Numbered from the whole stretch's first letter, positions 32,234-43,668 are shown. The stretch: DNA of 63,934 bases, filler included, from Licmophora abbreviata (GCA_900291995.1; 13 parts of 13 records of this genome joined end to end with filler, not necessarily neighbours in it); one strand, 5' to 3'. The notes: generated by a model from the sequence alone, not told the origin. Numbers and translations: made by a program.

Positions 32234-34412
32234 GTGTTGAAAGCACAGTGTCGACCCAACAGCCCCCCCTTCGGATTAACTTGGCGGGGCCCGCATTCCG
32301 AGATTCTTTGGGAACGGATTGGCAACCCGAGGCGTTCACTAACGGCGAAGGGGCAGTGCTTACCACGTCCACAGCTATCGTCGACATGGCCTCGGATAAC
32401 CAGCCGCTATACACCTCAGCCCGAACCGGACCCGGTCTGAAGCTCGATATTCCCATGCCCAACGGAGACTATGTTGCATCGTTTCACTTTGCCGAGATCG
32501 ACGAAAGCGCGCAGGGCGTCGGCCTGAGGACGTTTGATGTCCTGCTCGAAGGGATTGTGGCTTTTGAGGGTGTAGATGTGTACAAAGAAGTCGGAGGATA
32601 CACGGCATTGGCATGGGAGGTTTCGGCGAGCGTGGAAGACAATAGCCTCTCGGTGGAATTCAATGCAATTGTTGGGACGCCTTTTCTGTGCGCTATCGAG
32701 ATTGAATTTGTTGGTCACCGAGCTCACGCTGTACCAGGAGGCCCGTACTATGGGGTCGACACGGACGATGACGGCTCGCAAGTCGTCGCTTTCGACGGAA
32801 CGTTCTCTCATACGCACACTCCCTACGCGATGCTGAACAGTGCTCGGTGGATTTGGAACGGCATGGTGATGGCCGAGGGCGACCTTGTGACGAGCTTCAC
32901 TCTACCGGTGGGGGATCACACAGTGTGGCTGGAGGTAGAAGATACTGCTGGCTTTGCGGCGAATGACTTCACAAGCGTCACGATTGAGCCCTTCGGATAC
33001 CCTTTCATTGACTCGTTGGTCCCTGACGTGGGTGCGGTCTCTGGTGGTCAATCCATCGTGATCGTCGGGTCCGGGTTCTCGTACAACAAGAACCAGATCA
33101 CGGTCATGTTCGGGTCGAACGTGCTGGCGAACTCAGACTTCAGAGTCCTCAGCAACACTGCCATTGAAGTGCTGAACACGCCATCAAACGATGATCCTCG
33201 CAGTGTGTCTGTGACCGTACGGACGCCCGTGTCGATCAGCAACGAGGCAAGATTTCGGTACATAAGCTACCCGATCGATTGGACCACGGGTGTCATCTCA
33301 GACAATACGGTTGGGCCGGCCTGTATTACGTTTGGACCGGACAAGCGCCTCTACGTTGGGACGGCGGCAGGACAACTCATTCGATTCACCCTTGACGACG
33401 AGTACAATGTCATCGAGACAGTGACATCCGATGTTGTAAACGAGAAGAACCCCAGTCCTCCCAATCCTCAAGTTCCAAATCGCTCCATTCTGGGTATTGC
33501 CTTCGACCCTCTGGACACATCGGAGTTCCCGATCGTGTACGTGTCACACAGCTTTCTCTTTCACAATCAATTCGAAAGCTTTAATGGGAAAGTGAGCGCC
33601 ATCAGCGGCACGGACCTTTCTACTTACGAGGACATCATTACGGGCCTCCCTGTATCAGGGTTTGACCATGGGATCATGGGTCTCGAGTTCGGTGACGACG
33701 GTGAGCTATACGTCCAAGTCGGCGGCAACACCAATGCTGGCGTGCCTGGCGGCCTCTCTGACTCTGGTGAGCTGACGCCCGATGGTGTTCTTTCGGCGGC
33801 AACTCTGGTAGCGTACAACGCCACCCTTGAGGGTTTTGACGGAGACGTCACTTACGACAGCAGCGGTGATCAGATCACTGGCCTCGATGTCAAGGTCTTT
33901 GCTCCAGGCCAACGTAATTCGTTCGACATTACACTTCATTCGAATGGAAATCTGTATGCNNNNNNNNNNNNNNNNNNNNNNNNNNNNNNNNNNNNNNNNN
34001 NNNTTAATTAATTAANNNNNNNNNNNNNNNNNNNNNNNNNNNNNNNNNNNNNNNNNNNNTACAAATCAAATGCGTATTTCCGAGACGAGGGCTGTGGCAG
34101 GGTGGTAGTGTACTTTCTGTCTACGGCAACAATCTAGACATCGGCATTCCGGGAACGCTGCCCCAGGTGACTGTGGGCGGCCAGGACTGCCCTCTCACGA
34201 ATGAACCTATCAAGGACTCATCGTTGTCGTGCATCCTTCCTCCGGGAACTCCGGGTAGAACTGTTGACGTGGTGGTTGACGTGATCACACAGAATGGCAT
34301 GAAGTCGGACAGCTTCATTGGCGGCTACCGCTACATACAGGGGCCGTCAGAGGAGGAGCAATCGGCAGTTTTTGGAACAGAAGGGCGCACCCGCCTCCAC
34401 AATCCGAACTAA
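32234..34412 (+). CDS. Modular malectin + PKD-like + IPT/TIG + glucose/sorbosone-dehydrogenase-like beta-propeller + IPT/TIG protein, interrupted by gaps; possible start at 32002
   Basis: RINLAGP..LY.SAR..FHFAEI..RTFDVLLEG (malectin); GAVSGGQSIVIVGSGF (IPT); ITGLPVSGFDHG..GGNTNAG..APGQRNSFD (propeller); FPRRG..GG..LSVYGNN (second IPT) after the gap. Confidence 0.8.
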
Positions 34413-34613
34413 AGAGAGAGTGCGGATGTGCCTTGGCGAGACGTTGCTAGAAAACGTACGAGGTATCTGTGTGCTGTGAAATAGGAAAAATCTTAATGTT
34501 TGTTCAGGACGTGAGGATATCGAACGCTTGTCGATCCGACAGTTTTACAAAAAATCGTAGGGGCAGTGACTCTATCGGCAGCGCCAAAATTGTGACTGGG
34601 GCCTTCCTTCCTT

Positions 34614-35693
34614 CTAAGCATCGGCGGCCTTTTTCTCTTCGTCTACCGAATACATGGCATGGAGAGGTTGTGCCTCGTACAAAGGCTGGTAGTAGTAAAG
34701 AGAAGGTGCGCCACCGGTATGGAGAAACAAGACGTTCGACTCGGGAGGAAAGTATCCTCGTCGCACCAAATCGAGCAACCCATCCGCCGCTTTGCCACTG
34801 TACACAGGATCCAATAGAATTCCTTCCGCTCGCGCGAACAAGCAGACCGCCGCCTCCATGCCTGAAGTAGGAAGACTGTATCCGGAGCCGACATAGTCAT
34901 CTAGCACAACGACGGAAGATAGGTCGACTCCCTCCCCTTCCGAGTCTCCTGTTACGTGCTTGTAGGTTTGACATGCAAGATTGTGAATGTGCTTTGTCTG
35001 CTTGTCTTTTTCGTGTCGAGTCGAAATGCCAATGACCTGGGTCGGTTGGCTGAGAGCCGTTACGCCAGCCAGCAATCCAGCATTGGTTCCGCCAGATCCG
35101 GATGCCGTGACGATGAAATCAAAGGATGATGGCAGCTTCTCGTCCGATTCCACCTGGCTTTGAATCTCGGCAGCGCATGCGGCATATCCGGTCGCCCCGA
35201 TTTCGTTGCTAGCCCCTCCGGGAACAATGTACGTGTCTCGGCCGGCACGTTTCAAGTCTTCGGAAATCTTCTCCACCATGTCGCTGGCCTCTCCTGGCCC
35301 CACCTTGACGATCCGCTCGGCTCCCAGAAGTTTAAATAAATAGTTATTTCCGGACGCATCCGAGCTGTAGGAGTTCGGAACCCTTTCCTCGAGGACAAGA
35401 ATGCACTTTAGGTTCTCCTTGTTGCAGGCGGCCAATGTCAGTCGACAGTGATTGCTTTGAACGGCCCCGCTGGTAATGATTGTAGTGGCACCTTGATTGA
35501 GAGCATCCGCCATGGTATACTCCAGTTTTCGAGCCTTGTTTCCACCACCGACCAAACACGCTGCACCGGATAGGTCATCACGCTTGATATAGAGATTCAC
35601 GTGTCCACCTAGCAATTCTGTGAGGTTCGGAAGCAAGGCGATCGGTGTCTCTCCTTCGACGTAGTGGCGTCGAGGAAAGCGGGAGAGGTCCAT
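34614..35693 (-). CDS. dcyD: D-cysteine desulfhydrase (PLP-dependent), intronless
   Basis: IKRDD, GGNKARKLEY, QSNHCR, SGSGGT, LLDPVYSGKA and FLHTGG. Confidence 0.88.
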   Translation of the reverse strand: MDLSRFPRRHYVEGETPIALLPNLTELLGGHVNLYIKRDDLSGAACLVGGGNKARKLEYTMADALNQGATTIITSGAVQSNHCRLTLAACNKENLKCILVLEERVPNSYSSDASGNNYLFKLLGAERIVKVGPGEASDMVEKISEDLKRAGRDTYIVPGGASNEIGATGYAACAAEIQSQVESDEKLPSSFDFIVTASGSGGTNAGLLAGVTALSQPTQVIGISTRHEKDKQTKHIHNLACQTYKHVTGDSEGEGVDLSSVVVLDDYVGSGYSLPTSGMEAAVCLFARAEGILLDPVYSGKAADGLLDLVRRGYFPPESNVLFLHTGGAPSLYYYQPLYEAQPLHAMYSVDEEKKAADA

Positions 35694-36141
35694 AGTTCGA
35701 CTTCTTCTTTTACTGCTGGATTGGTCGAGGTGGGAAGCAAGACACGTGGACCAACAGCAGCACCATGAGCAACGCCACTGTGAGCAGACAATAAGAAAAT
35801 GCTTTGTGATTGTGAGAATATTCCGTGAGATGACAACGTCATTGGAGAACTTTTGCCACGCCGGTCAGCTTCGAAAGAGTACCGGACGTCTTCAACAAAG
35901 CAATGGTTCTACCGTCCGTTTTATGTATGTATATTTATTTTATTTTGAATGGTATGATATACAGCCAGCCGGTTCCTTAAAGAGCGTTGGGCACAAATTC
36001 ATCTGCAAGATCCGTATCCATTCGACACGAGAAAGATCGCCTCATCGCCACAAAATCACCATCTTGCATCTCGACATCTTAAGAGACCTTGGCATCATAT
36101 AGCATAGATTGCTCTTCCAAAGGCCGAAGATCTATACCACT

Positions 36142-37140
36142 ATGCTCGTTCTTGCCAGACTTTTAGCCGTCTTCATTGCCGTCGCTACGTCCGCGGTATT
36201 GGCTGACAACCCAACTCCCGTCCTTGACAGTGAGCTCGCGGTCATTACTGAAATCGCCGCAGACTTATCGCTGATCACCTTCTTTGAGTTTCCAGACAAT
36301 CGCGATGGCTACGACATATTCGAGGTCTATACAGACGAGCCTGACCGGGCCATTCTCGCTGCGACGGAAGGCTACTGCTTTGTAGCCTTTCGAGGCGCAG
36401 ACTTGTCAAACCCAGCTGATGTCCTTCAGAATGTCAAGCCTGGGCTAAGCAAAGTATGCCCCGATGGGACCACAAAGAACTGCTGCAAGACGAAGACTGG
36501 TCTGCGGAATGCGTACTTTGAGCCCGACTTCTTGGAAAAGCTCCAGACGGATCTCGCAACCTGTATGGGAACTTGCGCGGACCCTGACAATTGTGTCGTC
36601 TTTACAGGTTTCTCGCAAGGAGGTAGCATTGCGCAGGTTGCAGGCATTGTCTATAAGAGTGTGAATCCATATGTCATTGCGTTTGCAAATGAAAAGACGT
36701 TGAATCCGGAATGCGACCAAGTCAGTGACGAAACTCGCTGGTTCCGCTACATCAACACCCGAGAAACGGACGTGTTTGGTCGCATCAACTACGATCCCAT
36801 CCCGCTAAAGGACAACGATCGTGGTCTGGTGAACTTTGGATACACATTGTTGTTGTCGGAAGACGACACAGGCGTTGCTACCGTCGGATTGAGCAATGAC
36901 GACGACAATTTTCGTCCGTTCGATCTCAGGCCCTATCAACGGTCGCACCGTATCAATACCGACGACGATGATGCGAATCTTGGGTATCGCAACCGGATTC
37001 AGATCCTTGTGGCCCGCGATTCCTTTCCCATTCGATCGAACGGCTTTGCGGAAGGCTTTCCCTGCTCGCGTAAACTCGAATGCGAGTCGGGGCGCTGCAA
37101 GCGCAAGTTTTTCTTTTCGAGGAGGCAGTGTGTCGCCTAG
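36142..37140 (+). CDS. Secreted class 3 lipase
   Basis: Signal peptide, CFVAFRG, VFTGFSQGG nucleophile elbow, YDPIP and a Cys-rich C-terminus. Confidence 0.85.
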   Translation: MLVLARLLAVFIAVATSAVLADNPTPVLDSELAVITEIAADLSLITFFEFPDNRDGYDIFEVYTDEPDRAILAATEGYCFVAFRGADLSNPADVLQNVKPGLSKVCPDGTTKNCCKTKTGLRNAYFEPDFLEKLQTDLATCMGTCADPDNCVVFTGFSQGGSIAQVAGIVYKSVNPYVIAFANEKTLNPECDQVSDETRWFRYINTRETDVFGRINYDPIPLKDNDRGLVNFGYTLLLSEDDTGVATVGLSNDDDNFRPFDLRPYQRSHRINTDDDDANLGYRNRIQILVARDSFPIRSNGFAEGFPCSRKLECESGRCKRKFFFSRRQCVA

Positions 37141-37288
37141 CTAGAACTGCAATAGAAGGAATATGCTACTATAAAGAGTAACAAATGCAATAAGAGAGTA
37201 ACAATTATTTACACATTACTGGCGCTCTCTAGACGTCCAGGAAAGATGCAAGGCGCTTCTCATCTTTGGAATCATGGAGCTCTTGAGT

Positions 37289-40200
37289 CTAGTCATTGAC
37301 ATTGTCGCCAACAATAAAACCCCTCAAGTCTGATGCGTCGTCATCGTCCTCGAAATGTCCTTCCCAGTCCTTCATCTCATCCTTGACCTCGAAAAGGTCC
37401 TTCAAGGCAGTAATTCGAGCCTAGAAGAAAGAAATTTGGGGAGGGGCAGCAGTTAGTAGCAGACGATCAAATATAAGAGAATAAAATGCAGGCACCATAT
37501 GAACGAGTTTGACCCACCCGTCGGCGCTCGGCCCGTGTCAGCTTCTGCAAACTACCCTTGCCAAGTGCCTCCTTGGCGGATTGAAGAGAGATCACTCTCT
37601 GCTCCATACTGTTCTCCATGATGAACCGCGTAACCCTGACAGGACGAGACTGCCCGAGTCGATGGACCCGATCCATCGCTTGATTCTCGACAGCAACATT
37701 CCACCAGCAGTCCATCATGAACACTACGTTCCCACGGGTAAGATTGATGCCCGTACCACACGCGTGCAGGCTACACAAAATGAAACGCGGGGAGGTTCTT
37801 TCGTTTTCCGACGAGAAGGCGTCCATCGCGTCAATTCTCTCCGATGCGCTCATGGTTCCATCGATCCTCGTGTAGGTATGAGTATTCTGATCAAGCGCAT
37901 TTTGGATGATGTCAAGAAAAGAGGTCCACTGGCTAAAGATCACTGCCTTCTCGTCCTTAGCCATCTCGTCGATTGCTGCGAGCATTGCCTGGATCTTCGG
38001 AGCGACTTCAGCAATGTCAGAAACATACTTCTGCCGAGCCTTCTTCTTCTTGCGTCTCGCCGTTGCTAGCACAGCTGACCTGGCGATCTTGTCCTCGGGC
38101 TCAAACGGTTTGTTGCAGACCGGACAAAGCTGGTTCCGCACGCCATCGAGACATGTATAGCAAAAGACATGCTGGCATGAACGCAGGACCATTGCGTTCT
38201 GATGCTCCAGCTCGTTGGAACAGACTGCGCATTCGCTCGAAACCGCGTCCTGATCTCGAACGGAGTTAAAGAGCTTCCAAAATAGGATCTCGCCTGTTAT
38301 GGTTCCGGCTTCAAGTTCACGTTGGACTTCCTCAGCTACTTCGCGGTTTGCCTGTCCGATAAGTCCGCCATGACAACACGATTGACGGATGCGAAGCACT
38401 AACGTGAGAAGCTCAAAGAAGTTGTCAAAGACTTTTTGAGTCCCCTTCTTCAGTAGACCAATAAACGCAGCTCGAGCCGTATCGTAGAGAACGTCATGGA
38501 TTGATTTATGGAGACCGTCTTGCCATGGTACAGACTGGATGGTGACCCGTTTCGACACGAGCTGGATTGTTGATTCAACAAGTTCCTGAGACGTGATGAG
38601 ATCGACATTTTAGGAAAACAAGAGGATGAGAGAAGCAAAGCAAGAAGACGGCTCCCGACAGATAAACTTTACCTTGGTTCGTCGGATCGCAATGTGCCCC
38701 ATCATCGTACGAATGCGGGACAGGCCGATCTCTTGCCTGTTGAGTATCGGATTTATAACGCTGTGGGCAAAGACAGGTTTCTCCGAGAGGGGGCGGGCGT
38801 CGAGGAAAGAAAAGAGGGAGTGAAGGTCGGTTGGACGATTTATGAATGGAGTTCCGGTAATGGCGAGTCGTAGTACGCTTGGCACGCTTGTTGTAGCTTT
38901 GAAAAAGCCTGTGCCGGAGTTTCGTATTGTATGGGCTTCGTCGAGACACACACGCCAGAATGGCAAGTCAAAAATCCAATGCTCAGGAAACCTTTTCCGT
39001 CTTCTCTTCTTTTGCAAATCGTGATCGACATCTTCGTCGAGAGCGTGCATTGATTCCTGCTTCCAATCGTATCCACCCTTTTCGTCACGTTTCGCCTCCC
39101 CCTTTGGTTTTTTCAAATAGGTGTTTTCTTCCTCTTGCTCTTCCAGGTACTCCTCGTGCCTCTTGAGATCACTCGCGAGAGTACCGTAGGAGGTTATGAG
39201 GATGTCGAGTTCATTCCACTTAACCAGCGTAAGCACGTGCTCACGCTTGGAGCCATGGTATAGCGCTACGTTTAGAACGCCCGGCTTCACAAACTGCTCG
39301 ATTTGAGTCTTCCAGTTGGCCATAACGCTAACGGGGCACACGATGAGAGTGCAACGCGGGCGACCCTTTGCAGCAGGATTCGACAGAATCAAGCCGATCG
39401 TCTGGAGCGTTTTGCCCAAGCCCTGTGGAAGTGGAAGCCGTTGGTCGGCCAACGGGTGAGTTCATGATGAAATGTGTGATACACGCCATAACAAGGCCGT
39501 AGAACGATATGAGAAAGAGGCACTCACCATATCATCTGCGAGAATGCTACCACGTATAGGATCCGGTCGACTCTTCTGCATCCTGTGTGTAAGCTTGCAT
39601 TTCCACCAGAGATTGCCGTTGTTGAGGCCGAGCTTGGTTTGAAACCAGAACGGGGGCAGGCTATCTTCGTTTCTTTCATGGTGAAGCATCCATCGAATCC
39701 CATCCTTCTGGTAGTCGTAAAGCTTCAAATGATGCTGGAAGCCAGGTGGTCTTACGAAAGGGGGGACATCCGTAAACTTTTCTGTGGACTCCTTCTCAAA
39801 CATGGCGTCCAGTTCCTTCTGTGTCTCTCGCCAGTTTACCAGTTCTTCCTTGACCCCGATCGATTTGGTCATGTCTTCATTAAAATCTGTACCGTCGTGC
39901 ACCTCGGCAGCAGTCATCGACGAGAATGTAGATTTCGTCGCCGCAAAACGCATAGTGTTCGGAAGGCCGGCCACCGAGCTGACGAAGGAGGAAGCTCTGT
40001 TAGAAACGATGCTGCTATTCCTAACATACGCCTGGGAAAACGCCGCGTCGAAAGATGGGAGGGCTGACAACACCGCAGCGGAAAAACAAGGGGCGTTCTT
40101 GGTGGAAGTGAGCTTGGATTCGGGATCCGGAGACGGCGTTACTCGAAGGAATCCGACGGGCTGAGTTTGGGCGTTCGAAGTCGTAGTACACTTCAAGAAG

Positions 40201-40928
40201 ACGGGTTGTCCAAGTTCCTCGTCGCTATCGTAGGCCAAAGGAGGGCACTGGAACACGGGCTTGCCAATTTTCTTCTCGCTGCTAGACTTGACGGTGCGCC
40301 TCTGAAAGACGGGCTCTCCAAGTTCTTCGTCGCTGTCGACTCCTGCATATGCTTCACTCAATGCATCATCGCAGCCAAAGTCTTTCCCCAGGTTCTCGTA
40401 TTGATTCATTTTGATCTCAAGTGCCGAAAGACGCAGTTCCTCGACGCCATCGTTGTCGTAGGTAACTTCGTAGAGATCATCCGAGAACTTGGTCACCGAA
40501 CCAATGACGACTTGGCCATCAAACCGCGTGGCGACTTTATGACCAATGTAGTCCGGAGGAGGCGTTCTAGGCTCAGCAGTTGAGCTTGAGGTGTCTTCGC
40601 TTTTCGATTTTGACATGCGTGCAGTCTCAGATGCGATGTGGACCGCCTCGTTGTCGTGTAAACTTTCGCGCCTGTACAAGTCTAGAGCCTTGTTGAGGTC
40701 TGACCTGTTGAGATCCTCCTTGTCGCCATCATCGTAGGAAACTGCCCAATGGTCAGGACTATGATCCATCTTGTGACTGGGAAAGAATGCAGTGACGGAT
40801 CCAAAGTAGAGCGCTTCATTGAAGACCTTAGCGACACGCTTGCCGACACACTCTTCGCCTCGTCGCCGTGCAGAGACTTTCGAGTGAAGTGCGGGTAGTG
40901 CTGCGGTCTGGAGGTGAAAGCCTTCCAT
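37289..40928 (-). CDS. Rad5/HLTF-like SNF2 ATPase with C3HC4 RING and two N-terminal Tudor-like domains; exons 40928-39528, 39422-38673, 38585-37518, 37420-37289 (start uncertain)
   Basis: ADDMGLGKT, LDEAHTIRN, ITGTP, LRIRQSCCH, RING CAVC..C.HVFC..C..CPVC, FSQWTSFL and QAMDRVHRLGQ. Confidence 0.88.
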
Positions 40929-41241
40929 ATTCAACAAGACACTGACCCAGTAGGTAGGATTCAGTCAGAGGTGTCTTGGAGAGGCGTCGTCAGGCTGTTC
41001 GATCACACTTCCAAGTAGACAGAAGAAGTCAAGCGTCGCCTCTTAATGATGCTTATGATGATGAAAGGAACATGAAAAGTGTGCCGAGCGATTGAGGTTT
41101 TGAAGTGNNNNNNNNNNNNNNNNNNNNNNNNNNNNNNNNNNNNNNNNNNNNTTAATTAATTAANNNNNNNNNNNNNNNNNNNNNNNNNNNNNNNNNNNNN
41201 NNNNNNNGACCTGCAGTTGGTAAACTTGAACGCTTAAAATG

Positions 41242-41276
41242 AACCGCTTCGGCCTTGGGTCGGGGCGGTTTTTTTG
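41242..41276 (+). terminator. Rho-independent terminator, possibly bidirectional, downstream of rpiR
   Basis: Stem-loop AACCGCTTCGGCC-TTG-GGTCGGGGCGGTT (with G-U pairs) followed by a T run. Confidence 0.75.
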
Positions 41277-41323
41277 TGCGTAGCCCCGTGATGGATTAAG
41301 CAAGATTGCGATCTGACCCACGG

Positions 41324-42178
41324 TCAGATGAATTTTCGGAAAAGTTTCGTCTGGTCGAACATGGTTTCGAGATCGTCCGTTCGCTCCTTCACGGTCGTCC
41401 ACATCATTTCCTGAAGGGCGGCGATCGTGCATTCGATCAGCATCAGCAAGGGCAGGCAGGAATCCCAAGCCGAGGGCACGACGATCCGGCCGGAAAATGT
41501 ATTGCTGGCGATTCGATGGATCGGCGAGCGCCATTGATCGGTAAAAAGCACGATCTGAGCGTTCTTGCTCGCGCACATCTGGGCCATCTGCAGCGTGGTG
41601 TTCTCGTAGCGGCGGACATCGAACACGATCACCACGTCGCCTTGCTTGACATCCAGAAGGTCCTGCGGCCAGGCCCCACTGTTCGAGACCAGACGCACGT
41701 TCGGCCGTATCATCTGCAGATGCAGGTACAGATAATTGGCCAGCGCCGAGGTGATCCGCCCCCCCGCTATGTAGACCGTTCGTTCGGGCGTGCTGAGAAG
41801 TTGGCACAGCTGATCGAAATCTTCGGGATTTACATCGTCCAGGCTGCGCTGCTGGTTGTCGAGCGCCTGCCGGGAATAGCGGTTGAGGATATGTTCATCC
41901 GGCAGTTCGTGTTTCCAGACACTGCGCTTGGCGATGGGATCGGAAATCATTTCCTTCAATTCGCTGCGCAGGGCTGCCTGAAATTGGGGAAAGCCTTCGA
42001 AACCGGTTTTCTGCAACATGCGCGTGACCGTCGTGGTCGAGACCGAGGCCGCGTCGGCAAGGTCAGTGATGCTGCTCAGTCCGACGATCGGGTAATCGTC
42101 GAGCAGAGTATTCACCAACTGCCGCTCGGACGGCGTCATGGCATCGCGGTGTTCAAGAAGTCTGTCGGATACGGTCAT
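41324..42178 (-). CDS. MurR/RpiR-family transcriptional regulator (HTH + SIS)
   Basis: MTPSER, SITDLADAASVSTTTVTR..GFEGF and the SIS region DVVIVFDVRRYE..LFTDQW.SP. Confidence 0.93.
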   Translation of the reverse strand: MTVSDRLLEHRDAMTPSERQLVNTLLDDYPIVGLSSITDLADAASVSTTTVTRMLQKTGFEGFPQFQAALRSELKEMISDPIAKRSVWKHELPDEHILNRYSRQALDNQQRSLDDVNPEDFDQLCQLLSTPERTVYIAGGRITSALANYLYLHLQMIRPNVRLVSNSGAWPQDLLDVKQGDVVIVFDVRRYENTTLQMAQMCASKNAQIVLFTDQWRSPIHRIASNTFSGRIVVPSAWDSCLPLLMLIECTIAALQEMMWTTVKERTDDLETMFDQTKLFRKFI

Positions 42179-42259
42179 GACCCAAGTTTCTGCATTTTTC
42201 CAGAAATGTCAAAAAAATCATCTCTCGAACGCGCCTGAAAAAATCATGACGGAAAAAAA

Positions 42260-42288
42260 TTGACAGGCCGAATGGTTTCGCAAATTAT
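42260..42288 (+). promoter_or_regulatory. Sigma70-type promoter for the catabolic operon
   Basis: TTGACA-17 nt-AATTAT. A direct repeat AAAAAATCAT near 42212 and 42238 is a candidate RpiR site. Confidence 0.55.
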
Positions 42289-42295
42289 TTTCCAC

Positions 42296-43090
42296 ATGGA
42301 ATCGCTTCAGATCGATCAGACCGAACAGGTGACGGATTTCGGCGAGGCTGTGCATGTCACGCCTCCGGCGCAAGAGCCTTATGCGATTGTGGTGTGCGAA
42401 CATGCGTCGAACCGTGTTCCCGAGCCGCTCGAGGGCCTTGGCCTAGGGCGCGATGTCCTGAGCAGTCATGTCGCCTGGGATCCGGGGGCATTGGGCGTGG
42501 CGCGGCATGTTGCGCAGCACTTGGGCGCTGTGCTGGTCAATGGCGCGATCTCGCGGCTGGTCTATGATTGCAACCGTCCGCCCGAAGCCGCCAGTGCGAT
42601 CCCGGAAACAAGCGAAATCTATGACATTCCCGGCAATCAGGCCTTGTCGCCCGAGGCGCGCGAGGCGCGGATTGCCAGTGTCTACGCGCCGTTTTCGCGA
42701 GCCCTGAAAAGCGAGCTGCGCAAATATGCCGGCACGCTTGAGCTGCTGGTGACGGTCCATAGTTTCACACCGGTCTTTCATGGCCAGACGCGCCACGTCG
42801 AATTGGGCCTTTTGCACGGGCGGGATGCAAGGTTTTGCCATGCGATGATGGCACATCTGCCCACCCGTCCGCGCTATGACACGCGGATCAACGAGCCATA
42901 TTCCGCAGCGGATGGGGTGGCGCATACGCTGGATCTGCACGGCTGTGACAACGGGCTGTCGAATGTGATGATCGAGATCCGCAATGATCTGATCCGCACC
43001 GCCGATCAGCAAGCCAAGATGGCCGCCTATCTTGTGGAGTGGATCACTGCCACGCTGCAGGACCTGCACCAGACAGGGAGCGCGTCTTGA
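42296..43090 (+). CDS. N-formylglutamate amidohydrolase family; probable gamma-glutamyl-glycine hydrolase
   Basis: VCEHASN, HVAWDPGA, SRLVYDCNR, TVHSFTP, NEPY and MIEIRNDLI. Confidence 0.92.
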   Translation: MESLQIDQTEQVTDFGEAVHVTPPAQEPYAIVVCEHASNRVPEPLEGLGLGRDVLSSHVAWDPGALGVARHVAQHLGAVLVNGAISRLVYDCNRPPEAASAIPETSEIYDIPGNQALSPEAREARIASVYAPFSRALKSELRKYAGTLELLVTVHSFTPVFHGQTRHVELGLLHGRDARFCHAMMAHLPTRPRYDTRINEPYSAADGVAHTLDLHGCDNGLSNVMIEIRNDLIRTADQQAKMAAYLVEWITATLQDLHQTGSAS

Positions 43091-43668
43091 GGGTGTTGCT
43101 TGGTTTTGCCCGCGCGGTTGATGGCATGAACCGACGCATCGGTCTTGTGGTGATGTATGGCATCTTCGTGCTGATGGCGATCTTGTTGTGGTCCTCGATC
43201 TCGAAGACGTTTTTCCTGCCGACGATCTGGACGCTGGAAATGGCGCAGTTCGCCATGGTGGCCTATTACATGCTGGGTGGTCCCTATGCGATGCTGGCCG
43301 GGGCGAATGTGCGCATGGACCTGTTCTATGGCAACTGGTCGCTTAGGCGAAAATCGACGATTGATGTCGTTACCGTTCTGTTCCTGCTCTTTTATCTGGG
43401 TGTTTTGCTCTATGGCGCGCTTGGATCGACGGCCTATTCGCTTGGCTATTGGGGGGATGCGCCGATCGCGTTTTTTGCCGGACTGGTCATCGGCGCGGAA
43501 GAGATCGGGCGGCTCGAACAATCGTCTACCGCATGGCGCCCCGTCATCTGGCCCATCAAGGTGATCATGATCTGCGGCCTGTTCCTCATGCTGCTGCAGG
43601 CGCTATCCGAGATGATCAAGGACATCGCGCGCGCCTTGGGGCAGGACATCCCGGAGCCGAAAACATGA
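43087..43668 (+). CDS. dctQ: TRAP transporter small permease
   Basis: TTG start overlapping the upstream stop; WTLEMAQF, ANVRMDLFY and four TM segments. Confidence 0.9.
   Translation: MRVLLGFARAVDGMNRRIGLVVMYGIFVLMAILLWSSISKTFFLPTIWTLEMAQFAMVAYYMLGGPYAMLAGANVRMDLFYGNWSLRRKSTIDVVTVLFLLFYLGVLLYGALGSTAYSLGYWGDAPIAFFAGLVIGAEEIGRLEQSSTAWRPVIWPIKVIMICGLFLMLLQALSEMIKDIARALGQDIPEPKT

Noticed and set aside
34614..35693. ACC deaminase
   Set aside because: The diagnostic positions read PVYSGK and HTGG rather than PVYEGK and HLGG.
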